From: Mobula hypostoma
Taxonomy: Eukaryota
Assembly (NCBI RefSeq): GCF_963921235.1
Contig: NC_086097.1
Coordinates: forward strand, 90,150,001-90,214,000
DNA: 64,000 nucleotides
Direction: 5' to 3'
Shown: piece by piece, positions 25,990-39,400 of the stretch
How the letters are laid out: each line of letters starts with the position of its first letter
How positions within the stretch are numbered: position 1 is the stretch's first letter
Program-made: the position numbers and the translations under genes
Notes under the pieces: generated by a model
What the model was told of the DNA's origin: nothing
Database searches by the model: none
Seen by the model: only the letters and a program-made list of their open reading frames with translations

Positions 25990-26635
25990 AAACACAAGAA
26001 ATTCTGTAGATGTAGAAATCCAAAGCAACACACACAAAATGGTGGAGCAACTCAGCAGGTCAGGCAGTATCTATGGAAATGAATAGACAACCAACGTTCT
26101 GGGCTGAGACCCTTCTTCAGGACTGGAAAGGAAGGGAAAAGGTGCCAGAATAAAAAGGTAGTAGGAGGGGAAGGAGGATAACTGGAAGGTGGTAAGTGAA
26201 GCCAGGGGGTGGGAAAGGTACAGAGAGAGCAAAGAATCTGAGGAGAGTGGACCATAGGTGGAAGGGAAGGAGGAAGGGACCCAGGGAAAGTGTTAGGTAG
26301 ATGAGAAGAGGTAAGGGGCCAGAGTGGGGAATAGAAGAAGAGGGAGGGGAGGGAATTTCTTTTAGCAGAAGGAGAAATTGACACTCATGCCATCAGGTTG
26401 GAGGCTACCCTAACGGAATATAAGATGTTGCTCCTCCACCCTGAGGTGGCACAAGAGGAGGCCATGAACCAACATGTCGGAACAGGAATGGGAATCCGAA
26501 TTAAAACATTTGGCCACTGGGAAGTCCTGCTTTTGGTGGATAGAGTAGAGGCACTTGACAAAGCAGTCCGCTAATTTAAGACGGGTATCACCAATGTACA
26601 GCAGGTTGCATTGGGAGTACCGGGCACAATAGACA
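25990..26635 (-). mobile_element. Degenerate PLE 3' fragment
   Basis: ORF 26410-26658 CNLLYIGDTRLKLADCF...RVEEQHLIFR and PLE 3' region. Confidence 0.8.
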
Positions 26636-27013
26636 AAATACAGAACAAGAAGAAACATTGGAGCAGATTTTTAACCCCTTCCCACACTGATCATTGCTGC
26701 ATGCCTGCCCCAACATCAAACTCATTCTTTTGGCCGTGTGAGCAACACAATCCCAGGCTCCCAATACATCCTTCTTCAGGCGGGTGAGGGCAGAACAATG
26801 ACTGTCTGTCACTACACAGCACAGACAAGAGGGATACAACCCAGGTGCTCCTCATAAGAGTACCTGGAAAAGCAGCTCCAAAGCTGTGGAAAGTTGCACT
26901 TGCAGCATATGGCTTGCAATCATTGCTTCACTTTTGTATTTTCTTCAAAGTTAAGTAGCAAGCGTTTTATTGTGACATGTGCTCCAGAAGGCCTTATTAA
27001 TTTTTATAAAAAG

Positions 27014-27435
27014 TTACTGCCTGTTACGCCACTGGCATTTAGGACAGCAATGAAGGTCCTCCATCTTTGGCAATGTTCAGGGCTCCCTTCATCATGTCAG
27101 TAACTTCCTCTCGGTTTTCACTCCTGTCAGACATGCAAGTCCCAGCTGGAGACTGGGGAATACTGTCATACTTAGATGTAGAAGGATTCTTCATTGCTGT
27201 TTCCATAACAATTTTGTTTGACCAGTTAGGCTTGTTAGCCCTGAACTGAATCCCCAAACCTGGAGGACCGGTGGACCACTCTTAGTCTGGCCTCTACCCT
27301 TTGACCTGTTTGACATGGATGACCCTACCAAGAGCCAAAACATAAGGCCCTGACTCCAGCCAACATTGCTCTCTGGAGTCATTTGAGGCACACAAGCCTC
27401 CAAACCCTATGACAAGGTTGTGGTCCTCTTGGAGG
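27014..27435 (-). mobile_element. Non-autonomous RTE (Expander-like) derivative, second copy
   Basis: Homologous to 24690-25087. Confidence 0.55.
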
Positions 27436-27631
27436 CCTTTATTAAATTATGCCAGGTTAGATTGTAATCTTAAACTTAATCCTTATTTTATTTGCTCTGA
27501 AGTTATAAAACATCTTTCTACGATTTAATGACATCAGAAATGTTTACATACAAAGTTTGCATTTTAAATGATGTGTTTATATCTAGATCTGAATTTTAAT
27601 CCAAGTATTTTTATCACCGTGTGATTTTAAT

Positions 27632-27927
27632 AGTCAAGTGGTTAAGGCGTTGGTCTAGTGATCTGAAGGTTGCTAGTTCGAGCCTCAGCTGAGCCAACGT
27701 GTTGTGTTCTTGAGCAAGGCATTTAACCGCACATTGCTCTGCGACGACACTGGTACCAAGCTGTATCGGCCCTAGTGCCCTTCCCTTGGACAACATCGGT
27801 GGCGTGGAGAGGGGAGACTTGCAGCATGGGCAACTGCTGGTCTTCCATATAACCTTGCCCAGGCCTGTGCCCTGGAAACCTTCCAAGGCGCAAATCCATT
27901 GTCTCACAAGACTAACGGATGCCTATA
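27632..27927 (+). mobile_element. tRNA-derived SINE
   Basis: GTCAAGTGGTTAAGGCGTTGG...AGTTCGAGCC head; near-identical body on the minus strand at 50157-50430. Confidence 0.8.
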
Positions 27928-28472
27928 TTAAATTACTAAGTTATTTGAATGATATCCTCACTTAGGATTTAAGGAGCTTTAAGTGTACAAAATGGGGTGC
28001 AAGATCAGCAGAAATAGCCAGTGCACACAAAATTTCATCAAGAATCTCACTGAAATTGAGGGAAACAGAGAAATGAGTGAAATGATACTGAGGAAGGTTG
28101 TAAATGTGAGCTTTCTGCAAAACTGCAAATCAATGCAGGAAAACATTAAACATCCATGAGATGATTTGGAGTGGGTGGCACAGCAGCATTGCAGTTGGTG
28201 TAACCAGCATCACGGTTCAGTTCTCACTGCTGTCTGTGAGGTGTTTCTATATTTTCTCTGTGACCACCTGGGTTTTCTCCGGGTGCTCCAGTTTCCTACA
28301 TTCCAAAGACGTACAGGTTAGGGTTGGTGATCTGTGGGTATGCTAAGTTGGTGCCAGAAGTGTGACAACACTTGCAGGCTGCCCAGCATAATCACCACTG
28401 ATTTGATCTGCTGCAAATGAAGGACATATTTTGCTGTATGATCTACATGCGACAAATAAAGCCAATTTTTTC

Positions 28473-28825
28473 ACTCCAGTGGTTCCATTGATCTGTCCAG
28501 ACACCAAAAGCATGATTCTAGCACTCTGGTTGTGCTCTCTACCAGCTGATATGTACAGTGTTCTCACCGCTCAGACCAACTCTTCAGCTGGATTCAGAAA
28601 CTCTATATACCATAACGTGAGCTCATTGCACAGAGGACTACTACTACTACCACGACGTCGAATCAGGCCTAGGGGGCCGGCATCGGGCACAGAGGATCTA
28701 CAGATAAACATCTCCTAAAATGATCACATTGAGTGAGTAGTAACTCCTTCTGTTGACAAACATGCCTGATTCACTTTTGGATGCCTTTAATGCAATATAA
28801 TTCCCATTAACAAGCCAAATCCCTT
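28473..28825 (-). pseudogene. PIF/Harbinger (HARBI1-like) transposase fossil
   Basis: Minus translations LVNGNYIALKASKSESGMFVNRRSYYSLNVIILGD and HCTYQLVESTTRVLESCFWCLDRS resemble the recalled Harbinger motifs IDGTHIAIKAP..FVNRKGYHSLNVQ..CD and H.RTR..VERTIGVLK.RFRCLDRS. Confidence 0.7.
28638..28686 (-). mobile_element. 49-bp 5'-truncated retroposed 3' end with (GTA)n tail
   Basis: Perfect 10-bp TSD GCACAGAGGA at 28628-28637 and 28687-28696. Confidence 0.8.
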
Positions 28826-28830
28826 TAGAG

Positions 28831-28910
28831 CAGTGGTTCCCAATCTGGAGACCATGGACCTCCCAGTTACTGGTAGAGGCCCATGGCATTGAAAAGGTTG
28901 GGAATTCCTG
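28831..28910. mobile_element. hAT (Charlie-like) MITE, 80 bp
   Basis: TIRs CAGTGGTTCCCAA / TTGGGAATTCCTG; 8-bp TSD CTTTAGAG / CTTTAGCG. Confidence 0.75.
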
Positions 28911-29064
28911 CTTTAGCGAAATCTACATTTTGGTAAACCACTATCATCCAGCCTTTCACATAGGTGTGATAAATCTAAGGTAAGGAACTATGAAGCAGTT
29001 CTGTTAACTTGTGGATGCACGCTTTAGCACGCTCTGTGCAATGTTACATTTGTCTTCAATATCA

Positions 29065-29950
29065 CACATCACACGCTATGAAGGCCCTAGCAAGGCTGGT
29101 CCTGGCTCACCTCCAACCCTTGGTCAGGATCAGCCATCAACCCCTGCAGTTTGCCTACCAGGAGCATATTGGAGTCAATGATGCTGTAATCTATCTGCTG
29201 AACAGAGCGTACTCCCTTTTGGATAAGCAGGGCAACACTGTGAGGATCATGTTTTTTGATTTGTCAAGTGTCTTCAATACCATACAGCCCTCATTGCTGG
29301 AGGAAAAGCTCCATTCAATGCAGAAGCTGAATCATCTGCAGCTCAGCATCAGTAAGACAACGGAGATGGAGATGGACTTTAGGAAGACTAAGCCTGCACT
29401 GCTCCCTGTTACCTTTGATGGTGAGGACGTGGATGTGGTGAGGACCTACAAGTACCTGGACGTGCCCCTGGATGACAGACTTGAGTGGGATACAAATACA
29501 GAGGCTATGTACAAGAAGGGCCAGAGTCACCTCTACTTCCTGAGGAGACTGAGGTCCTTTAGAGTATGCAGGCCTCTCCTTCACATGTTCTATCAGTCTG
29601 TTGTCACCAGTACAATATTCTCTGTGGGAGTGTGCTGGGGCAATGGCATCAACATGGGTGAAGCCAACAGGTTCAGTAAACTGATTAGAAAGGCTGGCTC
29701 TGTTATAGGAATCAAACAGGACATACTAGAGGCTGTGGTAGAACAAAGGACCCTCTGGAAAATCCTGGCAACTCTGGACAATGTTTCTCACCCTCTGCAT
29801 GCCACCTCGGCTGAACAGAGGAGCACTTTTAGTAATAGACTAAGACAACTGTGCTGCTCCAAAGAGCACGACATGAGGTCATTCTTACCCTCAGCCATTA
29901 GGCTCTATAATGAGTCAATCTATAGCCAGGGAAGCGATCACTGCCTCCTG
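29065..29950 (+). pseudogene. Rex1/Babar LINE RT remnant with in-frame internal deletion
   Basis: LQFAYQ, VRIMFFDLSSVFNTIQP, LQLSISKT, YKYL, LYFLRRLRSF, SFLPSAIRLYN; the QG and xADD segments are missing. Confidence 0.85.
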
Positions 29951-31185
29951 TTAGACTATTATTAACCTCTGTTTACCAGAACTGTTTAAGCTGTGTTTCA
30001 TTCCTGGGATCCATCTCCTCTGGATCTTCTCCAATGCCAGCACATTCTTTCTTAGATAAGGGGCCCAAAACCACTCACAATACTCCAAAAGTAGTATGAC
30101 TACAGTTGGAGCATCCTTCTGGAAAAAAAAATCACAAGAAAAAAAACAGAAGGACACGGATTAAATGCTTGATAGTTCTTTCAATGCTTTAAAAACCTAT
30201 GAACATATGCTCCATTAGTTAAATTCTTCAGATTCCGGAAATTATAAATTATATGGGTATAGAGTACTGAATGGCATGGTGTCATGACAACAAACTTTTG
30301 CTCAGTGTCAGCAAAACAAAAGAACTGGTCAGGAAGACTGGGGGGAGATGCTCCTGTTCATATCAATGCTGCTGACATTGAAATGGTTGGAAGCTTCAGG
30401 TTCCTAGGAGTGAACCTCATCAGGTCCAACTGCTTAGGTGCTGCAGAGCCAGAGCCCCTACTTCTTCAGAAGGTTAAAGAAATTTAGAATGCTTATTTTG
30501 ATCCCCATCAATGTTCCATAAAGAGCAGCCTACCCAGGTGTATTATGGTTTGATACATTCGTGACCCCAAGGAAATGCAGACAGCTGGAGAGAGAATTGA
30601 GGGTTCAGAACATCATGGAAACCAATGTCCCCTCCGCGGACTGTGTCCAAACTTCTCACCGCCCTGGTAAAGCAGCCAACGTAATCAAAGACCTCACCCG
30701 CCCCTGATATTCTCTCTTTTTCCCCTCCCATCAGGAAGAAAATCATGCATAAGCAAAGCTTCTATCCCGCTGATAGAAGACTATTGAAAATTCCCCTACC
30801 GTGATAAGATGGACTCTTAACCTTACAATTGACCTTGTTGTGGCCTTGCATCTTATTGTCTGCCTGCCTGCTCTGTGCTTCTCTGTTTCAATGTATTTTG
30901 TTATAGATTTCTCTTGTACTACCTCAATATAATGTTGTAATGAAGTGATCTACATGGATGACATGCAAAACAAATTTTTTTGCTGTGCCTTGATACATGT
31001 GACAATAATAAACCAATGTAACAATTCAAAGTTTGAAGTTCAAACTACAGTACTACGCAAAATTCCTAGGCACATATATAGAGCTAGGATGCCTGAGACT
31101 TTTGTACAGTTCTATAGTAATATTATGTATTGTACTGTACTGCTGCAAAATGAAAAAAAAATTCATGAAATATTTGAGTATTAAC

Positions 31186-32048
31186 TGTTACGTACCCCGT
31201 AACTGGGTTGCCAAACCAGCAGAAATGGATCACTCAGTTGGAGTCTGGATTACTAGAACTAAGAAAGTTTTATTAAAGAAACAAGCAACACAGTACTCTA
31301 ATCAAAAGGATAATAAATGCAACAGTTCAGCAATGATAAACATACATGTACATAGAATTAAGATAACAGGATCAATCGAGCTCTATCGTTGTCTAAGGGT
31401 AAATGACCAATTTCAAAGTGACGCAAAGTTCAGTTCAATTTAGTTCAGTTCAGTTCGCAGACAGTGGGGGGAAGGAGAGAGAGAGCAAAACGAATGAATA
31501 TTCAAACGGCTTCCACAGACAGACCTTCGCAGTCAGCTTTCGTGCGAGCCCTTTGTGATGTCATCTGAGGTCACTGACCGTGACCCCTCCGTTTCCAGAT
31601 ATGAATCGTTTCCCTGCGGTGAACCTGGCACCCAGGCAAGGGTGGACACACACCAGGTTCCCGCCAATCGTGCATTTCCACCCTGAGCGTCTATGGCTTG
31701 ATCCCGCGATCAGCCGTCCAAAAGCTTTCCACCGACTTGTGAGAGGCGCACCGCTTCCAGGGTCTCGTTACCTAAGGTGTCGTGTGTGCTGCCTTAGCGA
31801 ACCTATCCCTTTTTATCCCCCTGCTGGGGAATCGCCTGTCCATCACTTCAAACAGTTCAGGGTTCAAAGGGGGAGCCGCTCTTGACAGCTCCCTCCTTCT
31901 GTTACTCTCTCTCCCGTCCCTTCATTACACATCTCCAAATGCTGCTCCATTGTTTTCCTTATCTCTCTCTCTCCTGAAGACAGGTGGCAGACCAACTGCT
32001 GATCACACAGGACAGCTAACATCTTAATCTATGTGTATTCCTGTCACA
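31186..32048 (-). mobile_element. Solo LTR, 863 bp (4-bp TSD, Gypsy- or ERV-like)
   Basis: TGTTAC...GTCACA termini; TSD TAAC at 31182-31185 and 32049-32052; TTTATT at about 31269 suggests minus orientation. Confidence 0.8.
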
Positions 32049-33489
32049 TAACAAACCTGATTCTAATATGGGTCTCTATTGTGGACTGAGAGTGGGACAG
32101 GGGCAGGTAGAGGGGAATCATGGTGGGGAAAAGGGAAGGGGGAGAGAAGGGAGCAGGAAGCACCAGAGAAACACTCTGTAATGATCCATGAACCAATTGT
32201 TTGGAATCAAATTATCTTTCCTGCTGTCTCAGGGCTGGGTGTATCTGCACTCGTGCCAACCCACGCCACTGGCATTCCTACTCTACCACCTGTCCCAATC
32301 CTTCCTACCGCACTCCACCCTCACCATTCCCAATATCCTTTGCTCCACCAGATTTACATACTCGATCTCCGCTCCACTTTGACAAATGCAGTATTGTGCA
32401 AAGGTCTTGTGCACCCTGGCTATATGAGGGTGCCTAAGACTTTTGCACAGTACTGTACATTTATTATCAAAGTATATATACTGTATACAATACTGTCTTC
32501 CTACCATTTCACCATCGTATTACAGAAATTACTGGAGATAATCAACAGGTCAGGCAGCATCTGCAGAGAGAAGTGCAGATTTAGTGTTTCATGTGATGAA
32601 ACAGTAACTTTGTTTCTGTCTCCATTTAATCATGCAGACTCTGCTGTCCAAATCAGGTCAAGTTGCCCTCCTGAGTGTGGAATTGTCCGCCTAAGTAGAT
32701 ATTAGGCAGGTGAATGATGGATTTATGGTCTCATAACCAGATCAGCTAAGAAGTCTAACAACACTCAGCAAATTAGTAAAGAGATTAGATTTCAGCTTTA
32801 TTGTGTCAAAACAGCCAAACATACAGTGAAATGCATAGTTTGTGTCATTTCCGATGTGCAGGGAGCAACCAGATAGTATCGTCATGCTTCCAGTGCCAAC
32901 ATAGTATGCCCACAACTTACTATCCCCAACCTGTATGTCTTTTTGGAATGTGGGAAGAAAGCAGAGCACCCAGAGATACCCACGTGGTCTCAGGGAGAAC
33001 ATACTAACTCCTTACAGATAGCAGTGGGAGTTAAACACCAATTTTCTGATCGTTGCTGTTGTAAAGCATTACACTAACTGCTACCCTACCATGCTGCCCA
33101 CACTCTGCTGTGCCATTACTGTTATCATCCAACATTATTCCTTATTGCACATGAAAATTTATAATTTTTAAAATTATTTGTGAAGTACAGTAACCTTACT
33201 TGTACTACCTAATGTACAAATAGCAAATTTATGTTTTGCATAATAGGGAATAGAGAGAAAGATAACCCAGATTTGGTTAGAATGTCTTCTCTACTCTTGG
33301 TCTCATTGATATTGCCTCAACCCACTTTCCCATATTTGATGTTGAATTGGAGGAAAGGCAAGTCCTCTTTCCGTTCTGTGAAAATATTGGTGACAGCTCT
33401 AATATACTAAAAATAACTCAATAATCCTTTCTCTTCATTGCTCTGATTCCAAGGCGTCTGTTCTCATGATGAGACGTTCCACTGGAGGA

Positions 33490-35215
33490 TATCCAAGATC
33501 TCCTCTTTTTGCAGGAAGTGCTAATTCCTCCTCCATTGCTATTAATGCAACCTTTACTCACATCTTCTGCATTTCCTGCACAGCTACTCTCACCTATCCC
33601 CCCAACCGAGCAAATCAGGGATATGGTTCTCTTTGTCCCCACCCACCACCCAATACCCTCCATATATGGGGTGTATGGGGTGTCAGGGAGGGGTAGCACC
33701 TCTGGTGAGGGAACATGTCGCGTCCTTTTCAGGGCGGTTAGTCCACCTTTGGTCCCCACCTGGCACTCAGCTCTCACCTGTGGCCCCCCGTAGCTGTTTA
33801 CATGCGACAGCGGCCACACCCCGGGCAATGGCTTCGACAAGCCGGCTAAACCAGGTGAGGGTAGCCGACGGGTCTCAAACCCTCGGTGAGCTAGGGAGTT
33901 GTCTATCCCAGCATGTGAAGACAGATTCCGGCGGATTGAGCGGATGAGGCCAATGGAAGGTCCAACGGTCAAGAAGGCGGTCTCTGCAAACGTCATGGAA
34001 CGTGTAGAGCAGGACAAGACACAGAAGATGTCCTGGTCATCCACTGCGCCTAGTCCCATCTCCAGCCGTCTAGACTCTGTCTTGCCACTGGATCCAGATG
34101 GGAATTGGGAAGAGAGAGTGAGGCTGACACTGCAACTCTCCCTCACTTAAATCCAAATCACGCGCTAGTCTTGACATCATCATAATGGTGTCGAGGTCCT
34201 CATCGATGTCAACGATGGACGAACAACCAACCAACCCTCCATATCTAACACATCATTCTCCACATCTTCTGCTATCTCCAGCAGATCCCATCACCACACA
34301 CACCTTCCCCTCCCCTTCCCACAGGGATTGCTTTCCACACAATTTACTTGTTTGTTCATCACTCCCCCTCCATGCACTTAGCTCTACAACCGTGCTCAGT
34401 GTGACATATCCTCCCTCACCACCATTCAGGGCCCTAAGCAATCCTTCCAGGTGAGATATCACCTCATACGTAAATGCACAGGGGTCATTTATTGTATCCA
34501 GTTTAACTGGTGCAGCTTCCTCTACATCAGTGACACCCAGCACAGACTGGGGGATCGCCTTTCAAGCAACTATGCTCTGTACTCTTGAAAAATGCAGTAT
34601 ATCTGGTGGGCACCCATTCTAATTCTACCTCCCACTCCCCCATTGATGTTTGTCCATGGCATCCTCTACTACCATATTAAGCAAATTGAAGAAGCAACAC
34701 CTCACATTCCATCATGGTAGCCTCCAAACTGATGGCATCAACATCGATCTTCCTAACATCTGGTAACCACTCCCTTGTGTTTCCCACCCTCCCACCCTAT
34801 ACCCAAGTGTTACACTGTAGCCCCTTTACCCTGTTCTGTTTCCCCTCGCAGCCCTCATAAACCACACCTTTCTCCATCTGTTTCCCCATCTCCTTCCCTT
34901 TATTCCATCTCACTGTCCTCTCCTATCAGATTCCTTCTTCTTCAGCCCTTTGCCTCTTCCACCAATCACCTTCCAGCTTCTCACATCACTCCCTTCCCCT
35001 CCCTACTTTCACCATCTTCCTATCTTCTCCCTCTCACCTAGATTCACCTATGACCCCCCAGCTTCCGCTCCTCCCCCTTCCTTCTATGTTACTCTGGCTT
35101 CTGCACTCTTTCTATCCTGTCCCGTCAAAGGGTCACAGCCCCAAACATCAACTGTTCATTTCCCTCCATGGACGCTGCCTGACTTGCTGAGTTCTTCCAG
35201 CATTTTATGCATGTT
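33490..35215 (+). mobile_element. Highly degenerate PLE (RT C-terminus, GIY-YIG, 3' region) interrupted at 33666-34233
   Basis: Decayed matches to 41790-42900, e.g. GAAGAAGCAACACCTCACATTCC...AGCCTCCAAACTGATGGCATCAACATCGA. Confidence 0.7.
33666..34233 (+). mobile_element. Non-autonomous retroelement (probably RTE-related) with (CAAC)n tail
   Basis: 11-bp TSD ACCCTCCATAT at 33655-33665 and 34234-34244; diverged relative on the minus strand at about 39230-39750. Confidence 0.7.
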
Positions 35216-35259
35216 TCACGAATGCATTTGCTCTTTACAAGGATTCAATGTTTCACATT

Positions 35260-36420
35260 CTTGAGGGTTCAAGTCCATAGCTTCTTGAAAATGGCCACAC
35301 AAGTAGATAGTGTAAATAAGATGTTTGGTATAAGATGTATGGTTGGAGGAACAACACCTTATATTCCGTCTGGGTAGCCTTCAACCTGATGGCATGAACA
35401 TTGACTTCTCAAACTTCCGCTAATGCCCCACCTCCCCCTCGTACCCCATCCGTTATTTATTTATATACACACATTCTTCTTCTCTCTCTCCTTTTCCTCC
35501 CTCTGTCCCTCTCACTATACCCCTTGCCCATCCTCTGGGTTCCCCCCCCCCCTTTTCTTTCTCCCTAGGCCTCCTGTCCCATGATCCTCTCATATCCCTT
35601 TTTCCAATCAACTGCCCAGCTCTTGGTTCCATCCCTTCCCCTCCTGTCTTCTCCTATCATTTTGGATCTCCCCCTCCCCCTCCCACTTTCAAATCTCTTA
35701 CTAACTCTTCTTTCAGTTAGTCCTGACGAAGGGTCTCAGCCCGAAAAGTCAACTGTACCTCTTCCTAGAGATGCTGCCTGGCCTGCTGTGTTCACCAGCA
35801 ACTTTGATGTGTGTTGTATGGTATACTTGCCTATAATAGTCAATGTATTGTGTTCAGGAGTCAGGAAGTTATAAAATTCTCGTTAGGCCACCCCTGGAGT
35901 ACTGCATTCATTTCTGATCATCCTGTTATAGGAAGGATATGGAAGCTATGGAGAGGGTGCAGAAAAGGCTTACAAGGATTCTCCCTGGACTAGAGGTCAT
36001 GTGCTATAAGGAGACATTGAACAAACTAGGTTTTATTTTCTCTGCAGCTGTGGCCCAGAAGAGAAGCTTATAGAAACTTTGAGACATAGATAGGTAGCCA
36101 ATATCACTTATCAAGGGACAAAATATTTAATTCTAGAAGCTATGCATTTAAGGTCAGGGGGATAAAGTTTGAAGGAATGTGAGGGACAATGTTTTTCTTA
36201 CACAGAGAATGGTGGGTGACTGGAATGCACAGCCATGGTGTAGGTGGTGGCAGATACAAAAGCATTTAACAAGCTGTTACATAGGCACACGAATATACAG
36301 AGAATGGAGGGTCATTGATTACATGCAGGCAGAAGTGAGTAGGTGTCATTCACTTCGTTAGCTCGACACAGCATCATGGGCCAAAGGGCCTGGTCTTGCC
36401 TTGTACTCCTCAATGTTCTA
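35260..36420 (+). mobile_element. Degenerate CR1 3' end interrupted by a PLE fragment
   Basis: VRPPLEYC-like, FLTQRMVGDWN and 3' UTR GGGCCAAAGGGCCTG remnants. Confidence 0.7.
35341..35816 (+). mobile_element. Short young PLE 3' fragment
   Basis: LEEQHLIFRLGSLQPDGMN plus 3' region ending TTTGATGTGTGTTG; TGTATGGT duplicated at 35336-35343 and 35815-35822. Confidence 0.85.
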
Positions 36421-39400
36421 CCTACATCAGATGCCTCACCTCACTTTTCCAATTTGCCCACTATCACTTGGTTCAGGGATGTAGGTTATGAGGTCAGTGG
36501 CATTCTGATGTAAGTGAAGCAATCCTTCACTATGAATCTAGACCAAAAAGGGAGGCAGGAGCACAGGAGCAAAAATATGTTTTGGGGAGTGAGGGAAGAT
36601 CAAAACATTCGCTTAAGTGTGTGGCCAAGCTGGAAAATGCTGACTTCCACTGGGATGTATATATGAATAAAATCTTGGATGCAATGTTCAGAACTGAGGA
36701 CTTGCACCTTTTTGTAGCAAAATTATGAAACGACTATTCAGTTAAAAATTGACAGCCATAGCTTGTGCAATGAAAAGATTATAGACTATCAAAACAGAGA
36801 ATTATAACTTTGTGGTCTTCTAAAAATAAATTCTTGAGGTTGTTCAATGGATGAAGTGTTAACCTAATATATCAACTTTTGATATACACGTACATGATTC
36901 TAAAGTTCTACTGAGTCAAACCACATTCTCTTTACAGACTAAATTTCCAGTCCAAGAACAATACAAACCAAACTTCTGATTTAGCTTTAAAGTGTTTTGT
37001 AAGTGATAATTTTTGCAATAATCAGCAAAGTTTATTGAAATATAATAATTCTTGTCAAGTAGTTATAGGATGTGGCTATTCAAAGTCAAAATCAAAGTCA
37101 AGTTTATTGTTACATGCACAAGTACATGTGTGCACAGGTGCAATGGAAAGCTTACTTGCAGAGGCATCAAAGGCACAGGGCATCATATAAACAGAATTCA
37201 CAAGAAAAATATGAATTATGCTATCATGTCATTGAGGAATATTAGAGATTTAGTTAGAACTGACCACAGTTACATTGGGATTGACCGGTGAAAATAAAAA
37301 TGAGAAGAGGTCTTTGAAATCGGCTCCCAAGTTACCATCACTCATCTTGTTACACATTGACAAAATCTACTCAATAAAAAGGCGTCCTAATCAATGTGTA
37401 GAATGTAAAGTGCACAAATAGAAAACATGACTTTCACATTTTTACAAGCCATTTATACAATTTTTTTTTTACCAATGAAGAGAAAAATAGCAATGACCAG
37501 AATATTTGTCCTGTTGGAAAGACTGTTGCCAACAACTTGCTCACAACAGCAGCAGAACGCTTAGGTCCCTGGGACGGCAATTCCAATCATGGCCCAGAAA
37601 CTGCTCAGCACTGGCAGCGTCAAGTTCCTAGGGACATATATGATTGACCAATAAACTTGCTCAAAGAGGACAAAGATCATTTTTTTTAGACTATGAAGAA
37701 ATGCAGTCCTCTTTTATTATCATTTTATTATCATTTAAAAATGCATTAAATGCATTAAAAAATGATACAATATTTCCTGCGGTGTGATATCACAAAGCAC
37801 AGGACAGACCAAGACTGAAAAAAACTAACAAAACCACATAATTATAACATATAGTTACAACAGTGCAATAATACCATAACTTGATGAAGAAGTCCATGAG
37901 CACAGTAAAAGTCCAAAGTCTCTCAAATGTCCCACATCTCACGCAGACGGGAGAATGAAGAAAAACTCTCCCTGCCATACCCGACTACGGTCCAACTCTA
38001 AGTCATCCAAAAACTTCGAGCTCTGATCAACTCTCTGACACCGAGTACTGAGTGCCACCTCTATCCAAACAATTCAACTTCCATCTCGGTCGCCAACAGC
38101 AGGTATTTTGAGGCTTTCCCTCCGAAAGATTCCCGACCGCACAGTAACGACAGCAGCGAACGAGCATTTCAGAAATTTTTCTAGATGTTCCTCTGTGCTT
38201 TCACGTCCTTCACATCAAAGTATCAAGTCCTTATACAGGTAGCACATAGAGCCCCAGTGTAAGCAATAGAAAGAGTGCGTCACTTCTCGAACTAATTCCC
38301 TGTACAACCCAACAAGCACGCATTGCCTCACCTGTGCAGGATCTTTGGTTCCCACATTGGCATCATCAGTCACCCGAAGTGAAGTGGATGCAAGTCGTCC
38401 CTGATCCCTAGAGACCATTTCAAAAGAGGAAAGAATGATGTGTCATTAACTGAATTAGTTCAGCACAACATTGTGGGCCAAAGGGGATTTGTGGTAAATG
38501 TGGTTGTAGATTATAATTTAAAGTAAATTGGCAAGCATAGCCAATCACAAGGCAATAAACCATCTGTGGGTGCAACTCAGTGGGTTGATCAACCTCTGTG
38601 GGCAGGGGTAAGAAATCAGAGTCAGAAAGCGTGGAAACAGGTCCTTGGGCCCAACTGTTTCATGCTGACCAAGATTTCCATTTAAGATAATCCCATTTGC
38701 TTATGTTTGGCCCATATTCCTCCAGACTCTACCTATCCAAATACCTTCTAAATGTTATTAATGTTTTGGGTTGAAACCTTGCATCAGGACTCCAAATCGC
38801 AATGCAATGCATGTTGTCTACCCACCCTGACAATAGGTTGATATCACTAGCTGGTCAGTGACCCCCCCCCCACCCCCACCATTGAAATGAACTGAGCTGC
38901 TACATGGAGATCAACCTGCAGAATTAACTCAATGGTTTGCACTCCATAGATATCCTGGCCAGCTGAATTTTTCCAGAATTCTCTTTAATTGTTGGCAACT
39001 GATACACTAGCAGAAAACTTTTCACTTCTGAAAAGACAACTTTATATCCCTGTTCCCTTTAATTTTTCCACAGAATTTCTGTGGAAAAATTAACTTCAAC
39101 TAATCATCACATCATTCTGTCTTGAATCTTCTCAGCCTTCACATTATGTTAAAACAGTTAATTGTTTCCATTACCAATGAAGAATTTAAGACACTCTTAT
39201 CAGATTGCTCTCTACACCATTTTGTGGAGGTTGTCAGTCATATTCAATGATGACAGGAAACAATGTGAGAGACTTTAAAGTGGAACAGCCATTGCACCAG
39301 GGCAGTTCCGCTCTCTTGACCTTGGAAATCTGTGTCCGTGGTACAAGCAAGCGTCACAATGGGGTCTTCCTTGCTTGCAGTGGATGATCATGACTTTTCC

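Noticed and set aside
33418..34146. 242-aa minus-strand ORF
   Set aside because: Spans a TSD-bounded non-coding insert and antisense PLE; no recognisable motif
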